Origin: Macrostomum hystrix
Lineage: Eukaryota; Animalia; Platyhelminthes
Assembly (NCBI GenBank): GCA_950097015.1
Contig: CATNEN010000001.1
Location: forward strand, 22,754,001 to 22,818,000
Length of the DNA stretch: 64,000 nucleotides
Reading direction: 5' to 3'
Part shown: positions 49,493 to 61,400 of the stretch, piece by piece
Layout: the number at the start of each line of letters is the position of its first letter
Position numbering within the stretch: the stretch's first letter is position 1
Made by a program: the position numbers and the translations under genes
The notes under the pieces: model-generated
The model's database searches: none
What the model was told of the DNA's origin: nothing
Seen by the model: the letters and a program-made list of their open reading frames with translations, nothing else

Positions 49493-52400
49493 ATGCATCC
49501 ACTTGGGTGCCTAGCAACCGAGACGGCTTCTGGCTACTGCCTGACCCAGCTGCTGCTGCTGCTGCTGCTGCCTACGATGTGGACTTGCATCCTCGCCCCC
49601 TGCCTGTGGGTGATTCCCCTGGCGGCCGACACGCAGCAGCTGAGGTGAGCGAGTGAGAAAATTCCTTAAATTTGTAAATTTCGTAACTTATTCATATAAA
49701 ACTTTAGTTTAAATTTGATAAACTTAAAAATACAGAAAATCCGAAATGTATTAAACTCAAGAAATTCCTCCATTCAAAAATTCGAAATGCGTACCAATAT
49801 AAATACTCAAGTTTGTGAATTCGTTTTTTTATGATTCGTTACATTCTGAAATTCATTACATTCTGAAATTCGTTACATTCTCAAATTCGTTACATTCTGA
49901 AATTCGTTACATTCTCAAATTCGTCACGTTCTACAAATACAGTACTTAAAATCATTACATCCTGAAATTCGTTACATTCTCAAATTCTTTACATTCTGAA
50001 ATTCGTTACATTCTCAAATTCGTTACATTTTAAAGTTAATTACATTATTAAATTCTATACATTTCAAGATTCCTTAAATTCTGAGATTCGTTACATTCTA
50101 AAATTCGTCACGTTCTACAAATACAGTACTTAAAAAATCATTACATCTTGAAATTCGTTACATTCTAGAATTCGTTACATTCTCAAATTCGTAAAAATTC
50201 GCTTTATTTAGAGTTTTTACTACGAGTATTTTACTACTCGTAATTTGGAAAGTCGTTGCGTTAAATTATTCGCTACATTTTGGGAACTCGTTACATTCTC
50301 AATATTCGGGAAACCGGGAATTTTATTCGATTCATTGTTTCGGAAAATTCACTTTCAGAATCGGCGACAACAATGACACAATGCGCGATTTTATTGCCAA
50401 AATATTCGACAACTACGACAAAACGATTCCTCCATCTATGTACACTGGTGAGCATGAGTAATGCTAAATTTGATTACATTCTGCTTGTAAATCTATGCCA
50501 AGTCTATGCTGTTGAAAGAATTTTTTCTTTGAGAAAAATTATAATGATAATAATGACATTTCTTCAATTGACATAAGAAAGTATGAATGTTGAGATTATA
50601 GCCCTCTGCCATTCTCAGACAATTGTTGATTTTTATTTGGCTTTCCTCTTTCACTTTTTTCGATTTAATTGCGTCTTAAATTGCTGACAGGTGAAAAATA
50701 CTTTTTCTCTCGAACAAACTACGGCTCGTACAAGTATATCGCTTCGCATCAGCATATAAATCAGTTAAGAACAGACACCAAAATATCAGGAAAAGACACC
50801 CAGATACCAAGGAAAGACACCCAGATACCAAGGAAAGACACCCAGATACCAAGGAAAGACACCCAGATACCAAGGAAAGACACCCAGATACCAAGGAAAG
50901 ACACCCAGATACCAAGGAAAGACACCCAGATACCAAGGAAAGACACCCAGATACCAAGGAAAGACACCCAGATACCAAGGAAAGACACCCAGATACCATG
51001 GAAAGACACCCAGATACCAAGGAAAGACACCCAGATACCAAGGAAAGACACCCAAAACAGACACCCAGAACAGACACCCAGAACAGACACCCATAACAGA
51101 CACCCAGAACAGACACCCAGAACAGACACCCAGAACAGACACCCAAAACAGATACCCAGAACAGACACCCAGAACAGACACCAGAACAGACACCCAGAAC
51201 AGACACCCAGAACAGACACCCAGAACAGACACCTCGCATTACAGGCTCGGTGCTAAAGGTTTATGTCAGCGTGATGATCCACGCAATTAGCGGCGTGAAC
51301 GAGCGAACGATGGTGAGTGATTTGAGCACAGGAGTTCTTTGAGCACAAGAGGCTGTTTAACCTAGACAGTAGATAGACAGATCTTATTCTGCTTTAGCGC
51401 TATCTGTCTCAAACCTAGCAATAAAGCCTTTCCAAGAAAACGCCCCCTCAGCAGCAATCTAAATTTGTACCGTGCGCATGCAAATAAGTCTGTAAATTTG
51501 TTGTGCCAGCATAATCGAATACAATCACTGACTGACTGAAAATACCTATTCAAACACTGAATCGCTTCTAGAAGACAATGATACGCCATTGAGTGCTGTG
51601 TCAAATTTTATGAACAGTTTTTATAGCATTTCTAATATTTTTATTGAACTTTTGCCTTTCCATTTTGTTTTTGGTTCAACCTTTGTGCTTCGGTACATTT
51701 TTAATTACATTCATGTACGCACTAATGGGCATGGAAAAAAGTCGGCAGTGCTAAAGAGTTCGATTCCTTAACTTTTTTGCTGCGCAGGTAAAACAGCTAT
51801 CGTTAGAGTATCGCTCATGGTTCACGCTATGAGCTCCATCAATGTTATTGACATGGTAAGGGCGCGGTGCCTGAGTTCCTAAGCGAATTTCGTTACATCC
51901 CTGTCCTGTTTATAGATCTCTGTTCACGCAATCGTTTGGTTGGCTTAGCAATGTTCTGTGGCGCGACCTGTAGCCAACAGGGGCAAGAGAGAGCGTACAT
52001 TGGGGTGTGTGACTTTTAGGCTACATGGGCTAGAGGGAGCGTACATTGGGGTGTGTGACTTGTAGGCTACATGGGCTAGAGAGAGCGTACATTGGGGTGT
52101 GTGACTTGTAGGCTACATGGGCTAGAGAGAGCGTATATTGGGGTGTGTGATTTGTAGGCTACATGGGATAGAGAGAGCGTACATTGGGGTGTGTGACTTG
52201 TAGGCTACATGGGCTAGAGAGAGCGTACATTGGGGTGTGACTTGTAGGCTACATGGGATAGAGAGAGCGTACATTGGGGTGTGTGACTTGTAGGCTACAT
52301 GGGATAGAGAGCGTACATTGGGGTGTGACTTGTAGGCTACATGGGCCTGCTTCCAATGGAGTGTTAAATATTTTCTTAATTATTAGCCCATTAGGTTGCG

Positions 52401-55400
52401 CATGCTTAAAGCAAACGAATTTCCCGTCCTAATCACAGTTTATTGTTCGTGACACGTTTTGGTTTGATTCCCTACAAGTACTCACAATGTGTACGCAAAT
52501 TATATTTTCAAGAATATGCCTAAATATTTTTACGTTTTTATTTTTGATTATCAGGGCTGAACTTAAAATGAAACAGAAATAAAACTCATTTGGCTTGCGT
52601 GTAGTTTTTTTACTATATGTCTTTCATTTATCTTAAATAAGTTGTGACACTGCAAAGCTATTTTTACGTTAAAGTATTTTGTTTCAATTCATTAATTTCA
52701 TAGCATTCTTTGTCTGCCTTTTGTTAAATCAAGGTGAAGTTGGATTTATAAAAAATTCTTGGCACTAACAGGCTGGCCTACTTTTTAATCTAAATACACA
52801 GGGGATCTAAGAAATCAGTAAAAAATCACTAAATCCTTGATGCTAAAAACTGTATTATATGCTTGAACTCAAAACCTATTCTGCTTAACCTTAACCCATT
52901 TTTAACAGTTTAAAGATCTTGAAATAGTTCTATAGTTTATCATATTTTATTTATGCATTGTACACAATTAAGAAACCTCTTTTGTTCCTCTTTCCGCCAT
53001 GAGTGTTGCATTGTCTTTTTTGAGTGTTGCATTGTCTGTTTTGAGTGTTGCATTGTCTGTTTTGAGTGTTGCATTGTCTGTTTTGAGTGTTGCATTGTCT
53101 GTTTTGAGTGTTGCATTGTCTGTTTTGAGTGTTGCATTGTCTGTTTTGAGTGCTGCATTGTCTGTTTTGAGTGTGTTTTCCAAATTTCTACATCCCCCAA
53201 GGAGAAGTACTTTTAAAGAAGGAGAATGTACTTTAAGACAGGCAGCGAAACGCGCCTCGCAACCGACCCACAGGACTACTCAGTTAACATGTTCCTGCGG
53301 CAGTACTGGAACGACACCCGACTAGCGTACTCTCACCGCGGCTACAACCAGTCCCTCACACTGAACTCCAAGAAGTCCGAGCTGTGGGTTCCCGACCTGT
53401 ACTTCATCAACGAGAAGGAGGGCTCGTTTCACGAGATCACGACACCGAATCTGCTGCTGCGAGTGAATCCTGCCGGCCAGGTCACTTACAGTCAGAAGTG
53501 AGCACTGAAATTCAACCACTTTTGAGTGTTGATAGATAAAATCGTATATTTACCCGAAATCCTGCCTGTTGGAACTGAAAGCTTCTTGCTAAATTACAAG
53601 AATTAGTTTCACTTGACCTGAGAATCGAACCTCGGGCCTTCACCGTTTACCCAAAATCACACAAAAAACTTTTCAAGTTAGACAGTGAAAAATGGTGTAA
53701 AGAAAAATCTTTTTTAAAACGGATGATTTTAAAACCGCTACTTCAACTACCAAATACCAACCACGATGTCTTTGCAAATGGGGGATTTATTTCCCAAGCT
53801 TGCTGACCCAGCCAGGTAAGCAAAGAAAACGCGCTTCAACAAACAATGAGACTTTCTGCTTCGTAGAGAATCCGCAATCAAAGTCACTGAGTTTGAAAGT
53901 AGAGACGATTAAAATAATTCTACTTTCACTGCATAATTTTTTTTCTACTGGCGAACTGTACTTTCCTGACTGTGTGTGCAGCCAGATGGTGCCATCCGTC
54001 GAAGGTCAGAAGCACCGCCGAGTTGTTGAAGGTCGAGATGATGAAACTTAAACGCTTTAATGGTGTACTCTTTATTTCTCAGAAAAAAAGGTTAGCGAGT
54101 CCTTCCACGTCTAGCCAAAGAAATTACATTTCTAAGCGACAAAATTGATGCATGAATTTTGAGCAATTAACTCGCGCCAGACCCGGCATTTTCCCGGCAG
54201 ACTCACCGTTAAACTCTCCTGCAACATGGATCTGAAGAAGTTCCCAATGGACCAGCAAAAGTGCCACTTGAAGATGGAGAGCTGTGAGTAATAATCATAC
54301 CATCATCTTTGCTGGCCTAGGATTTGCCCCGATGGGAAAAACTTTCTCCCGGCAGAGAAGTGTACAAAAATTTCCCACCCAGATTCTCCCAGTCTCCCAG
54401 ATTCCCAGGGATTAGGCGTTTCCAGCGCTGCTTTCCTGGGAAAAAATTGTGTGCTTTTTTTCTAAAACAGAAGCAAAAATGTGACGAGAAAATCCCAAAT
54501 CCCAAGACGGAATTCGCAAGCGCTGTCAAAAAGCAAAAAATTCGATTTTTTAAATTATTTGAAAAGTGGCTCATGCCAGACCTTCGTATCGATGAGCTTG
54601 CAGCATAACAAACGTCTCAACTCACTCACATTCTATGACAATGAGATCCTTGTCATCTATCTTCTCACCTTCTACCCCTCTTAATCTTCCTTGTCCACTC
54701 TACCTCACCCACTCTACCTTTCTCACTACCTCTCCCACTCTACCTCTCGCACTTTACCTCTCTCACTCTACCTCTCTAACTCTACCTCACCCACTCTACC
54801 TCTCGCACTTTGCCTCTCTCACTCTACCTCTCTCACTCTACCACACCCACTCTACCTCTCTTTACTCTACCTCACCCACTCTACCTCTACCTCTCCCACT
54901 CTACCTCTCGCACTTTACCTCTCTCACTCTACCTCTCTCACTCTACCTCTCCCACTCTACCTCTCTTCACTCTACCTCTCTAACTCTACCTCACCCACTC
55001 TACCTCTCGCACTTTGCCTCTCTCACTCTACCTCTCTTACTCTACCACACCCACTCTACCTCTCTTTACTCTACCTCACCCACTCTACCTCTACCTCTCC
55101 CACTCTACCTCTCCCACTCTACCTCTCCCACTCTACCTCTCCCACTCTACCTCTCCCACTCTACCTCTCCCACTCTACCTCTCTTCACTCTACCTCTCCC
55201 ACTCTACCTCTCCCACTCTACCTCTCTTCACTCTACCTCTTCTACTCTATCTCTCTCACTCTACCTCTCCTACACTACCTCTCACGCTCTACTTACACCA
55301 CTCTACTTCTCACATTCTATCTCTCTCTCCTCTCGTATTCTTCATTTTTTATCTCCGGTTCACAAGTTCAGCTTCCATCCAACAGACTTGGCGTCCCAAT

Positions 55401-58400
55401 GAATCCACCTTTGCTTTACTGGCCAAAGTCTGCCCAACTGCCCCATTGTATTTATATCACATCAGACGGCTACACAACCGAGGAGCTGATGTTCGAGTGG
55501 GTGAAGGAGAGCAAGGATCGGGTGCAGTTCAGCGAAGACTTGGAACTGCCCGAGTTTGTCACCCCGCCCAACATCAGCACGGAAACTCGAGTTGTGGAGT
55601 ACCTCACAGGTGAGTTGGTTCCTACGCTGGCTTTGGATATATTGTAACAGTTGACAAACTAGCTGGTTATTTGATTGCTTAGATCGCCAATAATTCTATA
55701 CTTGCCGATCATCCTATTTCGCCGATAATCCTATTTCGCCGATAATCCTATTTCGCCGATAATCCTATTTCGCCGATAATCCTATTTCGCCGATAATCCT
55801 ATTTCGCCGATAATCCTATTTCGCCGATACTCCTATTTCGCCGATAATCCTATTTCGCCGATAATCCTATTTCGCCGATAATCCTATTTCGCCGATAATC
55901 CTATTTCGCCGATAATCCTATTTCGCCTATAATCCTTTTTCGCCGATAATCCTATTTCGCCGATCATCCTATTTCGCCGATAATCCTATTTCGCCGATAA
56001 TCCTATTTCGCCGATAATCCTATTTCGCCGATAATCCTATTTCGCCGATAATCCTATTTCGCCGATAATCCTATTTCGCCGATAATCCTATTTCGCCGAT
56101 AATCCTATTTCGCCGATAATCCTATTTCGCCGATAATCCTATTTCGCCGATAATCCTATTTCGCCGATAATCCTATTTCGCCGATAATCCTATTTCGCCT
56201 ATAATCCTTTTTCGCCGATAATCCTATTTCGCCGATAATCCTATTTCGCTGATAATCCTACTTCGCCGATAATCCTATTTCGCCGATAATCCTATTTCGC
56301 CGATAATCTCAGATCGCCGATACTCTCAGATCGCCGGCGATAATCCCAGATCTCCGATAATACAAAATATCAGATAATCCAAAATATCCGATAATCCAAA
56401 ATATCCGATAATCCTAAATATCCGATAATCCTAAATATCCGATAATCCAAAATGTCCGATAATCCAAAATATCCGATAATCCAAAATATCCGATAATCCA
56501 AAATATCCGATAATCCAAAATGTCCGATAATCCAAAATATCCGATAATCCAAAATATCCGATAATCCAAAATATCCGATAATCCTAGATGGCTAACGAAC
56601 ACCTGTTCTCAGGTTCCTACTCCTACCTGATCGCGACATTCTATCTAAATCGCAAGTCGGGATTCTACCTGATCCAGACCTACATCCCCAGCATCCTGAT
56701 CGTCATCCTCAGCTGGGTGTCATTCTGGATCGACGTCAGGGCGGTGCCGGCGCGCATCAGCCTTGGACTGCTCACTGTGCTCAGCATGACAACTCAGAGC
56801 TCTGGAGCCTTGGGCCAGCTACCCAGGGTGTCCTACATCAAGGTGAGCTGAGTCCAAGGGAGTGAGTGGCAGGGCGGTTAACGCGTTTGCCTCTCGCACC
56901 AAGGTCCCTGAGCTCAATCCCGCGGCGAGGCCACATTCATTTGGGGGCGCAGCCGCGAAGGGACTTGTCGTGCAAATTACGCCCATGAGGGCCAACCTCC
57001 AAGGCGCAGTGGGAGTGTACACTGCCTGTCGATAAGAAAGTCAGGACAGATGTACACACCTGTGTGCGTGTGTGCTCAGGAGTCAGCGAAATGGGCAGAA
57101 TTGCCTCCTCGCTGGCTGCGGGTCTAGTGTCACCAAATGATGTGCGATCGCCCGCAGCCCTCCTGAAATTATTATTATTAGGTGGCTGCAAAGAGGATGC
57201 AGTTCTGCTGAGCACACACGCACACAGGTGAGTACACCCGCCCAGACTTTCTCGTTGTCAGTCGGTGTACAATCTCACTGCGCCTTGGAGATTGGGAATT
57301 TTGTGCTTAGGGGAGGCAGACATTTTTGTTGTTTTTTTAGCCCCTGGTGAATTAAATTTGAAGATCATCAGAAATCGTGGATACTAAACCGGTCAGCAAT
57401 TATTTTGGTCTATGGTTGAAACCGATTTAAAACTCCCAGATTCAACCTGGCTACTGCGGTGGAGGGTGAGCTAATATAGGAAAAACAAACCTGATTGGAT
57501 ATTAAGTCCCATCTCAAGCCTGTCTCCCACGAAATGATGAGCGGGCAGCAGGGGTGTCCGGTTTTAGATTAGAAAACTTCTGCGCGATGTCTTAAGAAAT
57601 TGAGAATGGATTTTGTGCTCGTTGTAGCGAAGAATGTAAATCAAATTATGCACTTTTAGATCGAATAGACTGCTCAATTTACACAGAAACCTACTTCAAA
57701 ATTTCTGATTTTCGACAAATTATTTTGAGACGAATGTGTAAATATACACGGTACTAAAAATAATGATGAACTCTCTGAAAGTTTCATTAATTCTTTAGAA
57801 GAATTCGTTACTGCATGTAAAAAAACGTTCATTTTCAAAAGATGTTGCTATTTCTAAAGAGGATTTTTTAATTCTGAATTAGCCGCTAATTCTGAGAAAA
57901 TTTCGTTAATTTCTAGAGGAATTCGTTAAATTATAGAGCAATTCGTGAGTTGCTTCAAGAATTCGTTAATTTCTTGAACGACTTGTTAATTCCTAGAACA
58001 ATTCGTTAACTCCTACAACGGGGGGGCGAGTGGGTCAGCGGCTAACGTCGCTGCCTCGCACTCCGAAGGACGCTAGTTCGATTCACCCTTCAAGTCACGA
58101 TTAATTTCGTGACAGTAGCGACAGTAGGGGGGTTTGGACAGTAGCGACCGGCGGAGGTGCACCATATTTCGTGCAATCAAAGCTTGAAATAATAGCTTCG
58201 CTCCTACCTTTCTGTGTGCCTGTTCTGCGTTGTGTGAGTTGTGTGCGTTGGCGCTGGGGCGTGAGGCCTTGGGGGTGGCTGGGGGCGGGTGTACACCGCC
58301 GCGCGCTCTCTAGACTTCCGTCAGCGTGATTGGATAAGTGTACACTCATCACCCGCCCCCCCCTGAGGACTGATTTCTTATCAGCCTTCCGCCCCGGCTT

Positions 58401-61400
58401 GGTCTGCTCTGTGCGTGTGGGGCTGGGGTGGGGGGCACTGCTGCCTATTCTGGGTGCCTCCTGCCCTCCCCGGCTGGTCTGTGCTGCTGTGTGTGGTGCC
58501 TGCTCAGGGGAGGCGGCGCGATGGGCGCAAAAGCGCCTAGTTCGCCGGTCTGGGGGCGTGCCGCTCCGTCGCTTGTGCGACAAGTGCCCCGGGCCCCCCT
58601 GCAACTGCAACTAGATAGAGATAGATAACTCCTACAACAAATAATTTATTCCTGGAATAATTCTCAAAAGAGGTCTATATTTTTAAAAGAATTATTTATT
58701 TGTTTCTCAGAAGAATCAACGCTTCTTATATTCTCCGTTAATACGAGTATTAGCTTTCCTCAATGTCCAAAACAGCTGCGCAAATGATAGCACATTATTT
58801 GCAAAGCCATCATTCAGCTGTGAGAAATCTGTGTTCCTTGTAATCGAATATTTTCTTAGAAGGCCGTGTCCTCAGCTGATCGAGTGTCTGTTGAAATGTA
58901 AGTGCTGTCCGATCGCAATGATGGAAGCCCCGACAGTCCAACATTTCTTGAAATATTTCAAACAGACGAAAGATTTGTTCAAAGCTCCCAATGAATGACA
59001 CCTTGAAGTGGGCATTTCAAAGTGCACTCTGGTTCCTGGAAAGTACATTTTTGTGCTGGCTGATAGTGGAATGAAAATTTAGGTGGAATTTGCTCTGGAG
59101 CTGCTGTTGATAATGTAAATAGCTCGTATATACTGTGGAGTAGAGTGATCTGATATAGATTACAGTTGAGTATATTATAGTGAATTAGAGTGGAGTGGAG
59201 TGGAGTAGAGTGAAGTGGAGTAGAGCGGAGTAGAGTGGAGTGGATTGGAGTAGAGTAGAGTGGAGTGGAGTACAGTGGAGTGGAGTGGAGTAGAGTGGAC
59301 TGGAGTAGAGTGGAGTAGAGTTTAGTGGAGTAGAGTAGAGTGGAGTGGAGTAGAGTGGTGTAGTGGATTAGAGTGGAGTAGAATGGAGTAAATTAGAGTT
59401 TAATATCGCACAGTAGAGCACATCTGCTCAAAAAAGTGCTCAAACTGTTAGTTAAAGGCAGGGGCCAGTAAAAATAACTGGCTCCCATGTGAGTATACTG
59501 GAGTAGAATTTATCGATTGTCCCCTGAGCATCGAAGGGTGAGAGTGATTTGAGTGGGTTCGAGTTTTATTTTAGACGTTGGCCTGCAAGAATATATTAGT
59601 TTCTTGTGGCCAGTGAAGTCAGGCTCTACGAGTGTGTGTGGGCGCCTTCAGGCAACGGTCGACTGCTCACAGTGAGATTGCCGGGCAGCTCAGCAGGCAG
59701 TGACCCACTGACCCGCTTGAGGATGACAGATTCTCAGCCAGCCAAAAGTCTGTGATTTTATTCGCACTTTTCTTATGGGATTTCGGGAATTCTTTTTAAT
59801 CAGTTTAGCCCCAAAACTGCCCAGTCTCTGAGTTCCGTTTCTCCTAGGGGAGACATTTGCCACCGCGTGATAAACAGCTGTCGATTCACACTCGACGGGG
59901 AACAAATAGAAAGTTGAGACTGGGGCTGGGGCTGGGGAAAGCAAGAGGTTGAGTGGAGAGTGGGACGATATAAAGAAGTGCATCGACTCACGACACCAAT
60001 GGCCCTCATAATTGAAATGCTCAAATTGGAGAATGTCTTTCAAACTTTAAGAATTCGCCTCAATATGCGATACTGAAGCAGCAATAATCTGCTAAATCCT
60101 CACCGATGACTTCATCACCTACTTCACCTGATAGCTTTCTCATTTACCTTCGCTTTATCCTACTACTAGAACTGTTGTCTCTATCCCACTCACTGTTATC
60201 TCTATCCCACTCACTGTTACCTCTATCCCACTCACTGTTATCTCTATCCCACTCACTGCTATCTCTATCCCACTCACTGTTATCTCTATCCCACTCACTG
60301 TTATCTCTATCCCACTCACTGCTATCTCTATCCCACTCACTGCTATCTCAATCCCACTCACTGTTATCTCTATCCCACTCACTGTTATCTCTATCCCATT
60401 CACTGTTATCTCTATCCCACTCACTGTTATCTCTATCCCACTCACTGTTATCTCTATCCCACTCACTGCTATCTCTATCCCACTCACTGTTATCTCTATC
60501 CCACTCACTGTTATCTCTATCCCATTCACTGTTATCTCTATCCCACTCACTGCTATCTCTATCCCACTGATCACTGCTATCTCAATCCCACTCACTGTTA
60601 TCTCTATCCCACTCACTGTTATCTCTATCCCACTCACTGCTATCTCTATCCCACTCACTGTTATCTCTATCCCACTCACTGTTATCTCTATCCCACTCAC
60701 TGTTATCTCTATCCCACTCACTGCTATCTCTATCCCACTCACTGTTATCTCTATCCCACTCACTGCTATCTCTATCCCACTCACTGTTATCTCAATCCCA
60801 CTCACTGTTATCTCTATCCCACTCACTGTTATCTCTATCCCACTCACTGCTATCTCTATCCCACTCACTGTTATCTCTATCCCACTCACTGTTATCTCTA
60901 TCCCACTCACTGTTATCTCTATCCCATTCACTGTTATCTCTATCCCATTCACTGTTATCTCTATCCCATTCACTGTTATCTCTATCCCACTCACTGTTAT
61001 CTCTATCCCATTCACTGTTATCTCTATCCCACTCACTGTTATCTCTATCCCACTCACTGTTATCTCTATCCCACTCACTGTTATCTCTATCCCACTCACT
61101 GTTACCACTATTTATCATTTTCCTATATCTTGAGTTCTTGTTCCTGGAAATATTTCATAATAAGCTAAACCAGGCAGAAAAAAAATTAAACCACTTCAAA
61201 TAAATTCTTAACACAAAATCTCGGGCTGAAAGCAGGTTATGTTTGTTGTGTCTTTTAAAATCAGAAATCCCGCTTTCCATGTTCAGAAGGTAAATATAGC
61301 CTAGGCAGAAGATTCTGACTAAAAGTCGAAATAAGAAACGGGAAAGTCTTTTCTCTTTATCCTATTTTTCTCAACTCCCTTAGGGGAGTTTTTATTCTAT

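Noticed and set aside
50691-50763. Possible third copy of channel exon 3 (good acceptor CTGACAG|GT, GEKYFFSRTNYG...)
   Set aside because: No donor at 68 nt and no convincing similarity to exons 3a/3b; at most a decayed remnant.
53605-53650. tRNA-like B-box fragments on the minus strand (also ~62830-62890)
   Set aside because: No full cloverleaf; probably SINE remnants too short to call.
53790-54060. Possible nested minus-strand exon in the channel intron (LSFIISTFNNSAVLLTFDGWHH...), and ORF 58810-59001
   Set aside because: No recognisable homology or consistent splice partners; cannot be supported without expression data.
15224-61118. Long repeat-peptide ORFs (15224-15779, 21774-22667, 27678-28685, 50669-51256, 54635-55402, 60106-61118)
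   Set aside because: They are translations of minisatellites or microsatellites, often open on both strands, with no domain signal.
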